Positions 17,966 through 27,465 of a DNA stretch of 64,000 bases are shown piece by piece (position 1 is the first letter of the stretch; the number at the start of each line of letters is the position of its first letter). Source of the stretch: Candidatus Falkowbacteria bacterium (GTDB lineage: Bacteria; Patescibacteriota; Patescibacteriia; Patescibacteriales; UBA12465); assembly GCA_037137655.1 (NCBI GenBank), contig JBAXJX010000002.1:165730-229729 (forward strand). The letters run 5' to 3'. Both the position numbers and the translations under genes were made by a program. Below the pieces are notes generated by a model. It was not told the origin of the DNA. It saw only the letters and a program-made list of their open reading frames with translations, and did not search any database.

Positions 17966-20389
17966 TTAAAAGTTTCTAATTTGGGCTTCAAATCTTTTTT
18001 CAAGATTGGCGATTAAATCTTTTTGGATAGCGTCAATTTCTTCAGTGGTTAGAGTGCGGTCGTTTGATTGATAAATAATGTGAAAGGCTAAATTCTTTTT
18101 ATCTTCACCCAAATTTTTACCAGCATAAACATCAAACAATTCAACGCTCTTAATTAGATCATGAAAATCTTTAATTTCATTTCTAATATCATTATATAAT
18201 ATTTTTTGGTCAATGACAAAAGCTAAGTCACGCACCATCGGTGGAAACTTTGGAATATCTTCGTAGTTTTTATTTTTTTGAATGTGGCTTAAGAGAACTA
18301 AATCTTTAAAATCCATTTCAACTAGAACAGTTTCTTTTTTAAGACCGATACTCTTGGCGATGTCGGCGTCAATTTTAGCGATTGTACCAATATTTTTTCC
18401 GGCGACATTGATCACGGCTTTTTCGGCATCATCAGCATAGCCAATAATTAAATCACTTGGTAAAAAAGCGATCTCGGTATTTTTGTCGGTTAAGCTTATT
18501 ATGAAATTACTAATCAAACTTTTGCCGTAAGCAAAAATATTTGGATAATTTCCAGCCAAAGCTAAGCTCAACATTTTTTCTTGGTGGGGCAAACTCTCTT
18601 CACTGTCCTCCCGTTTTTTAAATTCACCCGGGACATTTAAAAAGATAGTGCCAACTTCGAATAAACCAAAGCTTTCATATTTATGTTGATTGGTTTTAAC
18701 ATTATTAATTAAGCCGAGGCTCAAATTTTGGCGCAGCATGGTATATTGTTTGGAGATTGGATTGGCTAGTCGAATATAAGTCGAAAAATCCATATTGATT
18801 TTCTTTAATTCGTCCTCACCGACAAAAGAGTAATTATAAACTTCGCACAAAGCATTCTCTTGGGCTAAAATATTTTTGATAGTACGTTCAATGGCGTGTT
18901 CTTCGTTAATTTCGGCTGGCACCATCGGAATCATTGGTACTTGAACTGGGAAATTATCATAACCGATAATACGCATTATTTCTTCGGCGACATCTTCTTT
19001 TATTTTTATATCTTTGGTGGCGCGCCAAGTTGGAATGGTTACGTTAATAATATCTTCTGATTCTTCTGTGCAGATAAAACCTAACTTTTCTAAAATTTCA
19101 ATAACTTTCTTTTTATCAATGGTATGTCCAGCAATCTTATTTAACCAATTCAAATTTAGTTCAATTATTTTAGCTTCATTGTTTGTTTGATTAAGATCAA
19201 TGATGTTGCTAACAATCTTGGCATCCGGACAAATTTCCATAATTAAACCCACGGCTATATTAAAACCGATTTCAGCTAGGGCTGGGTCTAAGGCTTTTTC
19301 GTAGCGGACAGAAGCGTCAGTGCGTAAGGCGATGGCGCCAGAAGTTTTTCTAATGGAGTAAGCATCGAAAGTGGCAGCTTCTAAAATTATTTCACTGGTC
19401 TCGTCTTTAATAGCACTGAATTTAGCACCCATGATACCGGCGACGGCGATTACCTTTTTACTATTAGCGATAACTAACATAGAATCATCTAGTTTTCTTT
19501 CTTTATTATCAAGACATTCTACTAATTCATCTTTTTTAGCGGTGCGGACAATAATTTTATCAACTTCTTGGGCATCAAAAGCGTGTAATGGTTGACCAAC
19601 GGCCACCATAACGTAATTAGTAATATCAACAATATTGTTAATTGGTTTTAAACCAACAGCACTTAATTTTTTTTGTAACCAAAGTGGAGATGGGGCAACT
19701 TTAATATTGTCCAATTTCACGCTCATGTAACGTGAGCATAAATTTTTAGCTTCAATCTTAACGTCTAATTTTTTATGTTTGGCTTCAGAATCATTTTCAA
19801 TCTTATTAATCTCTAAAGCATTTAATTTTACATCCAAGAAAGCACTGATCTCACGGGCAATGCCGTAATGAGAAAAAAGATCGGGACGATTAGATAATGA
19901 TTTATTATCAACTTCTAAAATAGTGTCGTCTAATTTTAAATATTCAGCTAAGCTTTGTCCGATTTTAGCTTTTTCCAAAATCATAATACCGCTATGATCA
20001 GTTCCTAACCCTAATTCATCTTCGGCGCATAACATGCCGTATGATTTTTCACCACGAATTTCCGCTTCTTTAATTTCCATGCCGTTTGGCATAATAGTGC
20101 CAACGGTGGCGACGGGAACTAATTGACCGGCGGCAATATTTGGTGCGCCACAAACGATAGTTAATTTTTCTTTACCAATATTAACTTCGGCAATTTGCAA
20201 ATGAGTAGCGTTGCCGTGTTTTTTTACTTCTAAAATTTCTCCCACTACAACGCCATTAAATTTAGCACCTTCATTCTCAAAACCCTCAACTTCCACTGTA
20301 TGTAAAGTCATGGTTTTTGCTAATTCTTCCGCACTTAAATTTTTTGGAATATTAACGTATTCTTTTAACCAGTTTAATGATAGTAACAT
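17966..20389 (-). CDS. pheT: Phenylalanine--tRNA ligase beta subunit
   Basis: 807 aa. Starts MLLSLNWLKEYV, then a tRNA-binding OB domain, B3/4, B5 and a C-terminal FDX-ACB domain. It lies directly downstream of pheS. Confidence 0.95.
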   Translation of the reverse strand: MLLSLNWLKEYVNIPKNLSAEELAKTMTLHTVEVEGFENEGAKFNGVVVGEILEVKKHGNATHLQIAEVNIGKEKLTIVCGAPNIAAGQLVPVATVGTIMPNGMEIKEAEIRGEKSYGMLCAEDELGLGTDHSGIMILEKAKIGQSLAEYLKLDDTILEVDNKSLSNRPDLFSHYGIAREISAFLDVKLNALEINKIENDSEAKHKKLDVKIEAKNLCSRYMSVKLDNIKVAPSPLWLQKKLSAVGLKPINNIVDITNYVMVAVGQPLHAFDAQEVDKIIVRTAKKDELVECLDNKERKLDDSMLVIANSKKVIAVAGIMGAKFSAIKDETSEIILEAATFDAYSIRKTSGAIALRTDASVRYEKALDPALAEIGFNIAVGLIMEICPDAKIVSNIIDLNQTNNEAKIIELNLNWLNKIAGHTIDKKKVIEILEKLGFICTEESEDIINVTIPTWRATKDIKIKEDVAEEIMRIIGYDNFPVQVPMIPMVPAEINEEHAIERTIKNILAQENALCEVYNYSFVGEDELKKINMDFSTYIRLANPISKQYTMLRQNLSLGLINNVKTNQHKYESFGLFEVGTIFLNVPGEFKKREDSEESLPHQEKMLSLALAGNYPNIFAYGKSLISNFIISLTDKNTEIAFLPSDLIIGYADDAEKAVINVAGKNIGTIAKIDADIAKSIGLKKETVLVEMDFKDLVLLSHIQKNKNYEDIPKFPPMVRDLAFVIDQKILYNDIRNEIKDFHDLIKSVELFDVYAGKNLGEDKKNLAFHIIYQSNDRTLTTEEIDAIQKDLIANLEKRFEAQIRNF

Positions 20390-20398
20390 ATATTTGTT

Positions 20399-21427
20399 TT
20401 AGAATTGTTCAATGAATCTTAAATCGCCACTGTTAAATAAACGAATGTCATCAATTTTGTATTTCAACATAGCTAAACGATTTAAGCCTAGGCCAAAAGC
20501 AAAGCCGGTGTAAACTTCAGGATCAATACCGCCAGCGCGTAAAACGTCAGGGTGAATCATACCGCAACCACCAATCTCTAGCCAGCCACTATGTTTGCAT
20601 AAACGGCAACCTTTGCCTTGGCAGAGAAAGCAGGAGTATTCCATGTTAGAACCTGGCTCCACGAATGGATAAAATTTTGGACGCATACGTAATTTAGTGT
20701 CTGGTCCGTATAATTTTTTCCCAATTAATTCTAGAACATATTTGAGGTGACCAAAATTAATATCTTTGTCTACGACCATGCCCTCGAATTGATAGAAAGT
20801 GTGTTCGTGACGTACGTCAGTTGCTTCGCAACGATATACGCGACCAGGAGCAATACCGTAAAGTGGTGCACCATGTTTTTGCATTGCTCGAATTTGGACG
20901 GACGAGGTGTGGGTACGTAAAACCATATCATATTCACCGTCTTTATTTTTTTTATCAATATAAAAAGTGTCTTGCATGTCGCGAGCTGGATGATGCGGTG
21001 GAATGTTTAAAGCTTCAAAATTATAAAAATCACCTTCTAGTTCTGGACCATCTAGAATTGTAAAACCCATCGATGAAAAAAGATCCTCCATTTCATTTTG
21101 AACAATAGTCATTGGATTTAAATGACCACGTTTTAATGTTTCACCCGGCAAAGTAACATCAATTAAATTTTCTACAGATTGATTTTTGTTGAGGGTTTTT
21201 TTGGCCATTTCTAGTTTTGCCATGACTTCAGTCCGTACTTCGTTGGCAATTTGCCCAACTTCACGGCGAGTTTCATTACTTAAATCTTTGATATTTTTTA
21301 GAACAGCACTTAATTCGCCTTGGCGACCAAGATACTTGTTTTCTAGTTCATGTAAAAGCTCACTGTTTTTAACAACTTCGATTTGGTCTAAGATTTCTTG
21401 TTTTAATTCTTGTAATTTATTTTTCAT
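20399..21427 (-). CDS. pheS: Phenylalanine--tRNA ligase alpha subunit
   Basis: 342 aa with class II motifs HPARDMQDTFY, LRTHTSSVQIR and GFAFGLGLNRLAML. Confidence 0.95.
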   Translation of the reverse strand: MKNKLQELKQEILDQIEVVKNSELLHELENKYLGRQGELSAVLKNIKDLSNETRREVGQIANEVRTEVMAKLEMAKKTLNKNQSVENLIDVTLPGETLKRGHLNPMTIVQNEMEDLFSSMGFTILDGPELEGDFYNFEALNIPPHHPARDMQDTFYIDKKNKDGEYDMVLRTHTSSVQIRAMQKHGAPLYGIAPGRVYRCEATDVRHEHTFYQFEGMVVDKDINFGHLKYVLELIGKKLYGPDTKLRMRPKFYPFVEPGSNMEYSCFLCQGKGCRLCKHSGWLEIGGCGMIHPDVLRAGGIDPEVYTGFAFGLGLNRLAMLKYKIDDIRLFNSGDLRFIEQF

Positions 21428-21432
21428 ATTTT

Positions 21433-21822
21433 TTATAGTGATTTCGGATGGCGACGACGATCAAGCATGAGGAATTCGGCCAAGCTTAGAATAATAATGA
21501 GTAAAAAAAGGTTAAACCAGCTAAATAATTTTTGGGATAATAGGTAGAGGACAACGGTAATTAATAGGGAAAAGATGAATGATTGACGAAAGGCAGTCTT
21601 AACGGAATTGAATATTAGGTCCTCTTTTAGGAGTTTAAAACGAATAAAGAAGCCAATAATAGCAATTGAGCCACTAAGTGAGAGGAATAAAATCAAGTAA
21701 AAAAGGGTTAATCCGAGAGCATTAGTGGTGAAAGGGTTGATGGTGTTAATGAGTAATAAAAAAACTCCCCAGGCAAAGCCGGTGATAACCCCCATGATGA
21801 TTAGATAATTCTTTAAAGTCAT
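21433..21822 (-). CDS. Hypothetical integral membrane protein (4 TM), first gene of the pheST operon
   Basis: 129 aa and hydrophobic. There is a 5-nt gap to pheS. Confidence 0.6.
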   Translation of the reverse strand: MTLKNYLIIMGVITGFAWGVFLLLINTINPFTTNALGLTLFYLILFLSLSGSIAIIGFFIRFKLLKEDLIFNSVKTAFRQSFIFSLLITVVLYLLSQKLFSWFNLFLLIIILSLAEFLMLDRRRHPKSL

Positions 21823-21828
21823 ATAAGT

Positions 21829-21857
21829 AGGATACCAAAAAGACCTTTTTCCGTCAA
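21829..21857 (-). promoter_or_regulatory. Candidate promoter of the membrane-protein/pheST operon (possibly leaderless)
   Basis: Minus strand reads TTGACG-17 nt-TATCCT. The -10 element ends 6 nt before the ATG at 21822. Confidence 0.4.
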
Positions 21858-21860
21858 TTC

Positions 21861-21889
21861 TTGACGCTTTGCATTATTGGCGTTATAGT
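21861..21889 (+). promoter_or_regulatory. Sigma70-type promoter for the DHH phosphoesterase gene
   Basis: Reads TTGACG-ctttgcattattggcgt(17)-TATAGT. Its -35 forms the palindrome cgtcaa-ttc-ttgacg with the divergent -35. Confidence 0.55.
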
Positions 21890-21938
21890 AAAATGATTTA
21901 CTCCGGCGCTGTCGGGTATGTTTTTAATTTTTTAGAGC

Positions 21939-23069
21939 ATGATAAGTCAGGAACAACAGATATTTAATCAAATTGATCGAGCGCAAAATATTTTATTAAC
22001 TTTTGCCTCGGACTGGAATGGCGATTCTTTGGGAAGTGCCATGGCTTTTTATTTGTTTTTAAAGAAAATTGGCAAAAATGTGGAAATTGCGGCTGATAAT
22101 TTAGCGACTGATAATTCCCGGGCCTTTTCTTTTTTGCCTGGTTTTTCTGAAATTCAAAGTTCTTTAAATAATTTGGCCAAGTTTATTGTCTCTTTGGATA
22201 TTACTAATGCTAAAGTTGATCAGATTAAGTATGTGGTTGAAGAAAATCATTTGAATTTTATTATCTCTCCGAAAGAGGGTTGGTTTAATAAGGATGACGT
22301 AAGTACCACCAGTTCTGGTTATAAATATGATTTGATTATAATTTTAGGTTCACCGGATTTAGAGTCTCTGGGTAAGATTTATGATAATCATATCGATTTT
22401 TTTTATAAAACTACTATTGTGAATATTGATCATAATCACCATAATGAGGAATTCGGCCAGGTTAATTTTATTGAGCTTAATGCTGTGGCGACGGCTGAAA
22501 TATTATTTGAGCTCCTGAAAGACTATAAGGAAGATTTGATTGATGCGGATATTGCAACCTGCTTGTTGTGTGGCATTATTTGTAAAACTAGAAGTTTTAA
22601 AACTGGGAATTTATCACCGCACGCCTTAACTGTAACCTCAGAATTAATGACTCGGGGCGGTCGGCGCGAAGAAATTGTTAATAAACTTTATCGTTCTCGC
22701 GATTTTAATACCTTAAAATTGTGGGGAAAGATTTTAAATAATATTCAACAATCTGGCGACAGCAAGATAATTTGGTCGGTCTTAAATGATATTGATTTGG
22801 GGGTTGATTTTAAGGAGGATAGTTTAGCTGGCGTCTTAGAAGAATTAATCGTGAGCGTACCACAAGCCAAAGCCCTTGTAGTTTTTTATCAACAAAAAGC
22901 CCTTGTTTATGCGGCGCAAAATATAAATTGTCTTGATTTGGCGAAAGAATTTTCTCCGACTGGTGGTCGTCGAATGGCCTATATTGATTTGGGCGGATTA
23001 GCCGTTTTATCACCGGAAGAAGTCATTAATTCTATGACTCGTCGCCTTGATAAATTAATTTCGCAGTGA
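21939..23069 (+). CDS. DHH-family phosphoesterase (NrnA-like oligoribonuclease/pAp phosphatase)
   Basis: 376 aa with DWNGDSLGS (DxD), NIDHNHHN (DHH) and a DHHA1-like C-terminus (GGRRMA). Confidence 0.7.
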   Translation: MISQEQQIFNQIDRAQNILLTFASDWNGDSLGSAMAFYLFLKKIGKNVEIAADNLATDNSRAFSFLPGFSEIQSSLNNLAKFIVSLDITNAKVDQIKYVVEENHLNFIISPKEGWFNKDDVSTTSSGYKYDLIIILGSPDLESLGKIYDNHIDFFYKTTIVNIDHNHHNEEFGQVNFIELNAVATAEILFELLKDYKEDLIDADIATCLLCGIICKTRSFKTGNLSPHALTVTSELMTRGGRREEIVNKLYRSRDFNTLKLWGKILNNIQQSGDSKIIWSVLNDIDLGVDFKEDSLAGVLEELIVSVPQAKALVVFYQQKALVYAAQNINCLDLAKEFSPTGGRRMAYIDLGGLAVLSPEEVINSMTRRLDKLISQ

Positions 23070-23088
23070 TAAACTGAAGACAAATATC

Positions 23089-23161
23089 GTGCCCATAGCT
23101 CAGGGGTTAGAGCACCGCCCTTATAAGGCGGGGGTCGATGGTTCGAAACCATCTGGGCGCA
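23089..23161 (+). tRNA. tRNA-Ile (anticodon TAT)
   Basis: GTGCCCATAGCTCAGGGGTTAGAGCACCGCCCTTATAAGGCGGGGGTCGATGGTTCGAAACCATCTGGGCGCA. Anticodon stem CCGCC/GGCGG and loop CTTATAA give anticodon UAU. Confidence 0.85.
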
Positions 23162-23211
23162 CAAAGTGTTAAAAAAGTTCTTTTTAAAATATAAATTTAA
23201 AATAAGTGGTC

Positions 23212-23478
23212 ATGAAAACAAAATCCAATTCCGACCCAGGCCACTATTTTATGAAAATAGTTATAGTGATAATTATTATTACTATTAGCCTTGGTTTATT
23301 CCTTGCCGTTATGATATTATCATATAATCATACGGTCACTATATCTATTTTGGAACAAAAAATTGCCGCCGCCATTCTATTCGCTCTACTAATTTGTAGT
23401 ATTTTACTGCTAATGGTGAATAATATTAACAAAAAAAGACGAGACGCAATAATTGAGCCGGAAATAAAAAACGAATAA
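23212..23478 (+). CDS. Hypothetical small membrane protein
   Basis: 88 aa from the ATG, with two TM segments. Confidence 0.55.
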   Translation: MKTKSNSDPGHYFMKIVIVIIIITISLGLFLAVMILSYNHTVTISILEQKIAAAILFALLICSILLLMVNNINKKRRDAIIEPEIKNE

Positions 23479-23517
23479 GAAGTCTTTTTAGAGGCTTCTT
23501 TTTATTTTTACTAACTA

Positions 23518-23546
23518 TTGACATTATCGTTAAAATAGTGTATAGT
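23518..23546 (+). promoter_or_regulatory. Sigma70-type promoter for the 23593-24009 gene
   Basis: Reads TTGACA-ttatcgttaaaatagtg(17)-TATAGT. Confidence 0.65.
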
Positions 23547-23592
23547 GGAAAGAATATAGTTCTTGAAAAATTAACCTTTAAAACTTGTTGTC

Positions 23593-24009
23593 ATGAAATT
23601 GGAAAATAAACTTGCTTGGGCCAATATATTTTGGCTAACTGGTACTATACTTATTATTGCTGAGGCCTGTGTTTTTTTAAGTCTCGGGTATTATGTTCTT
23701 ACTACTGGTTTAGTGATTAGTACTATACTTATTGTTTGTTCGATAAGTATAACATCAAACAGTAATAAGAAAATTCGCATATCAACACCGGAGATAAAGC
23801 TGGGTAAGATTTATCATTTGCTTTATTTTAATAAAAAAAACCATGTGATTGATGCTATTTTAGAATACACTAATAATGATGGTGATAGTACGATTGAAAT
23901 ATTTAGGGATGTTAAGTTTGCTGTTGATCCGTCGCGGTGTGATTTGAACACTTCCTTTGCTTCTTGTATGGTTGATCGTATGCCCAAACTCAATAAACTG
24001 GATAAATAA
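23593..24009 (+). CDS. Hypothetical membrane protein
   Basis: 138 aa with two N-terminal TM segments. Confidence 0.6.
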   Translation: MKLENKLAWANIFWLTGTILIIAEACVFLSLGYYVLTTGLVISTILIVCSISITSNSNKKIRISTPEIKLGKIYHLLYFNKKNHVIDAILEYTNNDGDSTIEIFRDVKFAVDPSRCDLNTSFASCMVDRMPKLNKLDK

Positions 24010-24029
24010 TTTTTAGGGGTGGGGATCCT

Positions 24030-24090
24030 GGGAGTCTAACATAGGCTCCCTTTTTTATTTTTAAAACCGCAATATTTCGCGGTTTTTTTG
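24030..24090 (+). terminator. Two tandem intrinsic terminators
   Basis: Reads gggagtc-taacata-ggctccc-tttttt, then aaaaccgc-aatatttc-gcggttttttt. Confidence 0.7.
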
Positions 24091-24132
24091 TTTTTATGTT
24101 ATAATTTTATGGTAATAATTTTTTAAAATAAT

Positions 24133-25476
24133 ATGGCTAAAGAAAAAAATAATTTTCAAGAAAGCAATAAAGCTTATGTTTTATCGGCTGATATGGGCTA
24201 TGGGCATCAGCGCGCCGCTTACCCGTTTATATCAATCGCCGAGGGTGGCATTATAACTATTAATGATTATGATGGTATTTCGGAGTGGGAGAAAAAATAC
24301 TGGAGTGATAGCCTGAAACAATATGAATTATTGTCTTATTTTAAAAAAGTTCCATTATTAGGAAATTTAGCCTTTTCAGTAATGGATTTCTTTCAAAAAA
24401 TCCCACCTTTTTATCCGCACCGTGATTTATCTAAGCCAAGTATCCAAGAAAAATTCTTCTATCAAAAAATTGAGGAAGGTGTGGGGAAAAATTTAATTGA
24501 GCGACTTAATAAAAATCCGTTACCACTTATTTCTACTTTTTTTGTTGGAGCTTATTGTGCCGAATATTATAATTATAAAGGTGAAATATATTTAGTGGTG
24601 TGTGACGCCGATGTTTCTCGTTCTTGGGCGCCGCTGGAGCCAGAAAATACCAGAATAAAATTTTTAGTACCAAATCATCGTGTTAAAGATCGTCTAATTT
24701 TATACGGTGTTAAGCGGGAAAATATTATTGTGACTGGCTTTCCTTTACCGACGGAAAATATTGGTGGTGTTGATCAGGAAATTTTAAAAAAAGATTTACG
24801 CCAAAGGTTGGAGGTTTTAGATCCACGCGGAATTTATCGTAATAAGTACGCTAAATTAGTGGAAGCTTATTTGTGTCCGCTATCTGAGATGGATGGACCA
24901 ACGCGACCAATAACTTTAACTTTTGCAGTGGGTGGTGCTGGGGCACAAAGAGATTTGGGTGTTTTAATTTTGCGTCGTTTGAAAAATAAATTAATGGAGA
25001 ATAAGGTTCGTTTTAATTTGGTGGCTGGTAGTCGCCAAGATGTTTTTGATTATTATACTAAAGTCTTAAAAGATTTATTTTTACATAACAATGAAAATGT
25101 AAAAATAATTTTTGATAAAGATAAAATGGAAAGTTTTAAAAAGCTTAATGTGGCTTTACGCACCTCAGATGTTTTATGGACTAAACCGTCAGAGTTGAGT
25201 TTTTATGCTGGTTTAGGTTTGCCAATAATTATGACCCAACCAATTGGTTCGCAAGAAGAATATAATCGTCGTTGGTTGTTAGGAATTGGCGCGGCCGTTG
25301 ATACTAAAAATCCGAATTACGTGGATGAGTGGCTGTTTGATTTTTTAACTTCTGGTTGGTTGGCCGAGGCGGCGATGCGCGGTTTTTTAAATGGACCAAG
25401 AAATGGAACAGATAACATTGAGGATATTGTTTTACGTAACAAAATTCACGAGGTTGAGAATGTTCACTTGTTATAA
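24133..25476 (+). CDS. GT-B glycosyltransferase, MGDG-synthase/UgtP-like (GT28-like)
   Basis: 447 aa. N-terminus VLSADMGYGHQRAA resembles the GxGH..AA motif. C-terminus TKPSELSFYAGLGLPIIMTQPIGSQEEYN resembles the KPGG..SEA...G.P....PIPGQE motif. Confidence 0.55.
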   Translation: MAKEKNNFQESNKAYVLSADMGYGHQRAAYPFISIAEGGIITINDYDGISEWEKKYWSDSLKQYELLSYFKKVPLLGNLAFSVMDFFQKIPPFYPHRDLSKPSIQEKFFYQKIEEGVGKNLIERLNKNPLPLISTFFVGAYCAEYYNYKGEIYLVVCDADVSRSWAPLEPENTRIKFLVPNHRVKDRLILYGVKRENIIVTGFPLPTENIGGVDQEILKKDLRQRLEVLDPRGIYRNKYAKLVEAYLCPLSEMDGPTRPITLTFAVGGAGAQRDLGVLILRRLKNKLMENKVRFNLVAGSRQDVFDYYTKVLKDLFLHNNENVKIIFDKDKMESFKKLNVALRTSDVLWTKPSELSFYAGLGLPIIMTQPIGSQEEYNRRWLLGIGAAVDTKNPNYVDEWLFDFLTSGWLAEAAMRGFLNGPRNGTDNIEDIVLRNKIHEVENVHLL

Positions 25477-25482
25477 TTTTTT

Positions 25483-26397
25483 ATGTCTTGGATATTAATT
25501 ACAATTTTAGCTTATTTTCTTTTAGCTATAAACGCTGAAGTTGATAAATTTTTATTAGATAAGGTTTTGTCGAGCAGTCGAGCTTATGCCTTTTTAATTT
25601 CTTTTTTAAGCGGTTTGGTTTTGGTGATTGCGCCATGGTATTTATCATGGCCGGGCTGGATTGGCCTGATCATAGCGTTGCTTAGTGGTTTTGCTTTTTG
25701 TGCGGCAATTGTTTTTATGTTTGAAGCACTTAAGCGGGGTGAGGCTTCACGCGTTACAGTTATCACTGGCGGCTTTGTCGCGATATTTAGCGCAGCACTA
25801 TCTTATTTATTTTTGCATAGCGGCTTTTCTTTTGGTGAGAGCCTGGGAATGTTATTTATGCTTGGCGGCATATTTTTAATTGCCACAATTTCTTCCGACC
25901 AACACAGTAAATTGTTTACTGATAAAAAATCTTTTTACTTTTCTATATTGTCCGGTCTATTATTTGCCTTATCATTTATTGGAACAAAATATGTTTATAG
26001 TAGCCAAAGTCCAATGAGTGGTTTTATTTGGATTAGGGTTGGTGCTATGCTCTTGTCTTTATCATTTTTAATTCGCACCAAGGATCGCGCAGATATTTTG
26101 TCCAGTTTTAAGTCGGGTCCAAAGACGGAGAAATTTAGCCGCCGTCTTTTAATTATTGGAAATCAAGCCATTGGCTCAATCGCTTTTGTCCTACAAAATT
26201 ATGCGATATTTTTGGGACCGGTTGCTGTTATTAATGCTTTACAAGGAGTACAATATGCCTTCCTATTGATTTTTGGATTTCTGATGACAATTTTTAAACC
26301 AAAAATAATGAAGGAAAATATTAGCCGTTCGGTTCTCATTAAAAAAATTGTGGCCATCATTCTAATTAGTGCGGGTTTATATTTTATCATGCTTTAA
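25483..26397 (+). CDS. EamA/DMT-superfamily-like membrane transporter
   Basis: 304 aa with about 10 TM segments, as two EamA-like halves. Confidence 0.5.
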   Translation: MSWILITILAYFLLAINAEVDKFLLDKVLSSSRAYAFLISFLSGLVLVIAPWYLSWPGWIGLIIALLSGFAFCAAIVFMFEALKRGEASRVTVITGGFVAIFSAALSYLFLHSGFSFGESLGMLFMLGGIFLIATISSDQHSKLFTDKKSFYFSILSGLLFALSFIGTKYVYSSQSPMSGFIWIRVGAMLLSLSFLIRTKDRADILSSFKSGPKTEKFSRRLLIIGNQAIGSIAFVLQNYAIFLGPVAVINALQGVQYAFLLIFGFLMTIFKPKIMKENISRSVLIKKIVAIILISAGLYFIML

Positions 26398-26401
26398 TTT
26401 T

Positions 26402-27409
26402 ATGAAAAAAAAATTATATATAATTTTAGGTGTTATTTTAGTTCTGGCTTTATTTGCTTTTTGGTTACTAAAATTTTCTAAAAATTATCCAAGTCAGATT
26501 ACGTTAGAACATCCTCAAAATTATTTCGGTGTAACTTACTCAAAAAAATTTGCCCGACTACTCGGCCTTAGTTGGCGCCAAGCCTATTTGGCCATGCTAG
26601 ATGATTTACAAGTTAAAGAAGTGCGCTTGCCGGTTTACTGGGATGACTTGGAGGCGGTGGAGGGGGTCTATGATTTTACTGATATGGACTATATGTTGAA
26701 AGAAGGCGCGGCGCGGAATGTTAAATTCGTCTTGGATATCGGAGAGCGCACTCCTCGTTGGCCAGAGTGCCATGCGCCGAGTTGGGTTGCTGGAAAGTCG
26801 ACTCTTGATCGACAAGCCGCAACAATGGTGATGATTGCAAAAGTAGTGGAACGTTATAAAGACCATCCGGAGTTGGTTGATTGGCAAGTGGAAAATGAAC
26901 CGCTCTTAAATGTTTTTGGGGAATGTCCACCGGCCGATGCTAATTTTTTACGGAGTGAAGTGGCCAAAGTTAAAGAGCTCGATGCTAGCCGCCAAGTAAT
27001 TATTTCTGGTTCGGGTGAGCTTAGTTCTTGGGCGCCTGAGGCAAAAATTGGTGATATTTTTGGCGCTACCATGTATCGCGTCGTTTACAATTCCTGGTTT
27101 GGTTATGTCCGCTATCCATTTCCAGCCGCCTTCTATCGCTTAAAGGCGGATTGGGCTGGCATTAAACCAGAAAACAGAATAATTATGGAGTTGCAAACCG
27201 AACCCTGGGTGGCTAATGGTCGCATGCAAGATTTAACTGATAAAGAATTAGCTAAGTCATTTAGCATGGATCAATTTAAAGCTAATGTGCAATTTGCGAT
27301 TAACGTTAATTTTGGGAAAATTTATATGTGGGGCGTGGAATGGTGGTATTTGCAAAAACAAAATGGTCATCCGGAATATTGGGATTTTGCTAAAACATTA
27401 TTTAAATAA
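26402..27409 (+). CDS. Membrane-anchored clan GH-A (TIM-barrel) glycoside hydrolase, GH5/GH42-like
   Basis: Start taken at MKKKLYIILGVILVLALF (signal anchor). Motifs: VYWDDLEAVEGVYDFTDMDYML, WQVENEP (acid/base NEP) and ELQTEPW (nucleophile region). Confidence 0.55.
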   Translation: MKKKLYIILGVILVLALFAFWLLKFSKNYPSQITLEHPQNYFGVTYSKKFARLLGLSWRQAYLAMLDDLQVKEVRLPVYWDDLEAVEGVYDFTDMDYMLKEGAARNVKFVLDIGERTPRWPECHAPSWVAGKSTLDRQAATMVMIAKVVERYKDHPELVDWQVENEPLLNVFGECPPADANFLRSEVAKVKELDASRQVIISGSGELSSWAPEAKIGDIFGATMYRVVYNSWFGYVRYPFPAAFYRLKADWAGIKPENRIIMELQTEPWVANGRMQDLTDKELAKSFSMDQFKANVQFAINVNFGKIYMWGVEWWYLQKQNGHPEYWDFAKTLFK

Positions 27410-27423
27410 ATTTTACGATAAAA

Positions 27424-27452
27424 TAAAAAAACCGCTTTGAGCGGTTTTTTTG
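27424..27452. terminator. Bidirectional intrinsic terminator
   Basis: Reads aaaaaaa-accgct-ttga-gcggt-ttttttt. Confidence 0.75.
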
Positions 27453-27465
27453 TATATAGATTATT

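Noticed and set aside
21823-21938. T-box or attenuator leader upstream of pheST. I asked the same question of proS at 56610-56675.
   Set aside because: The regions are only about 65-115 nt. They lack the T-box consensus and a terminator/antiterminator pair, and are explained by simple promoters.
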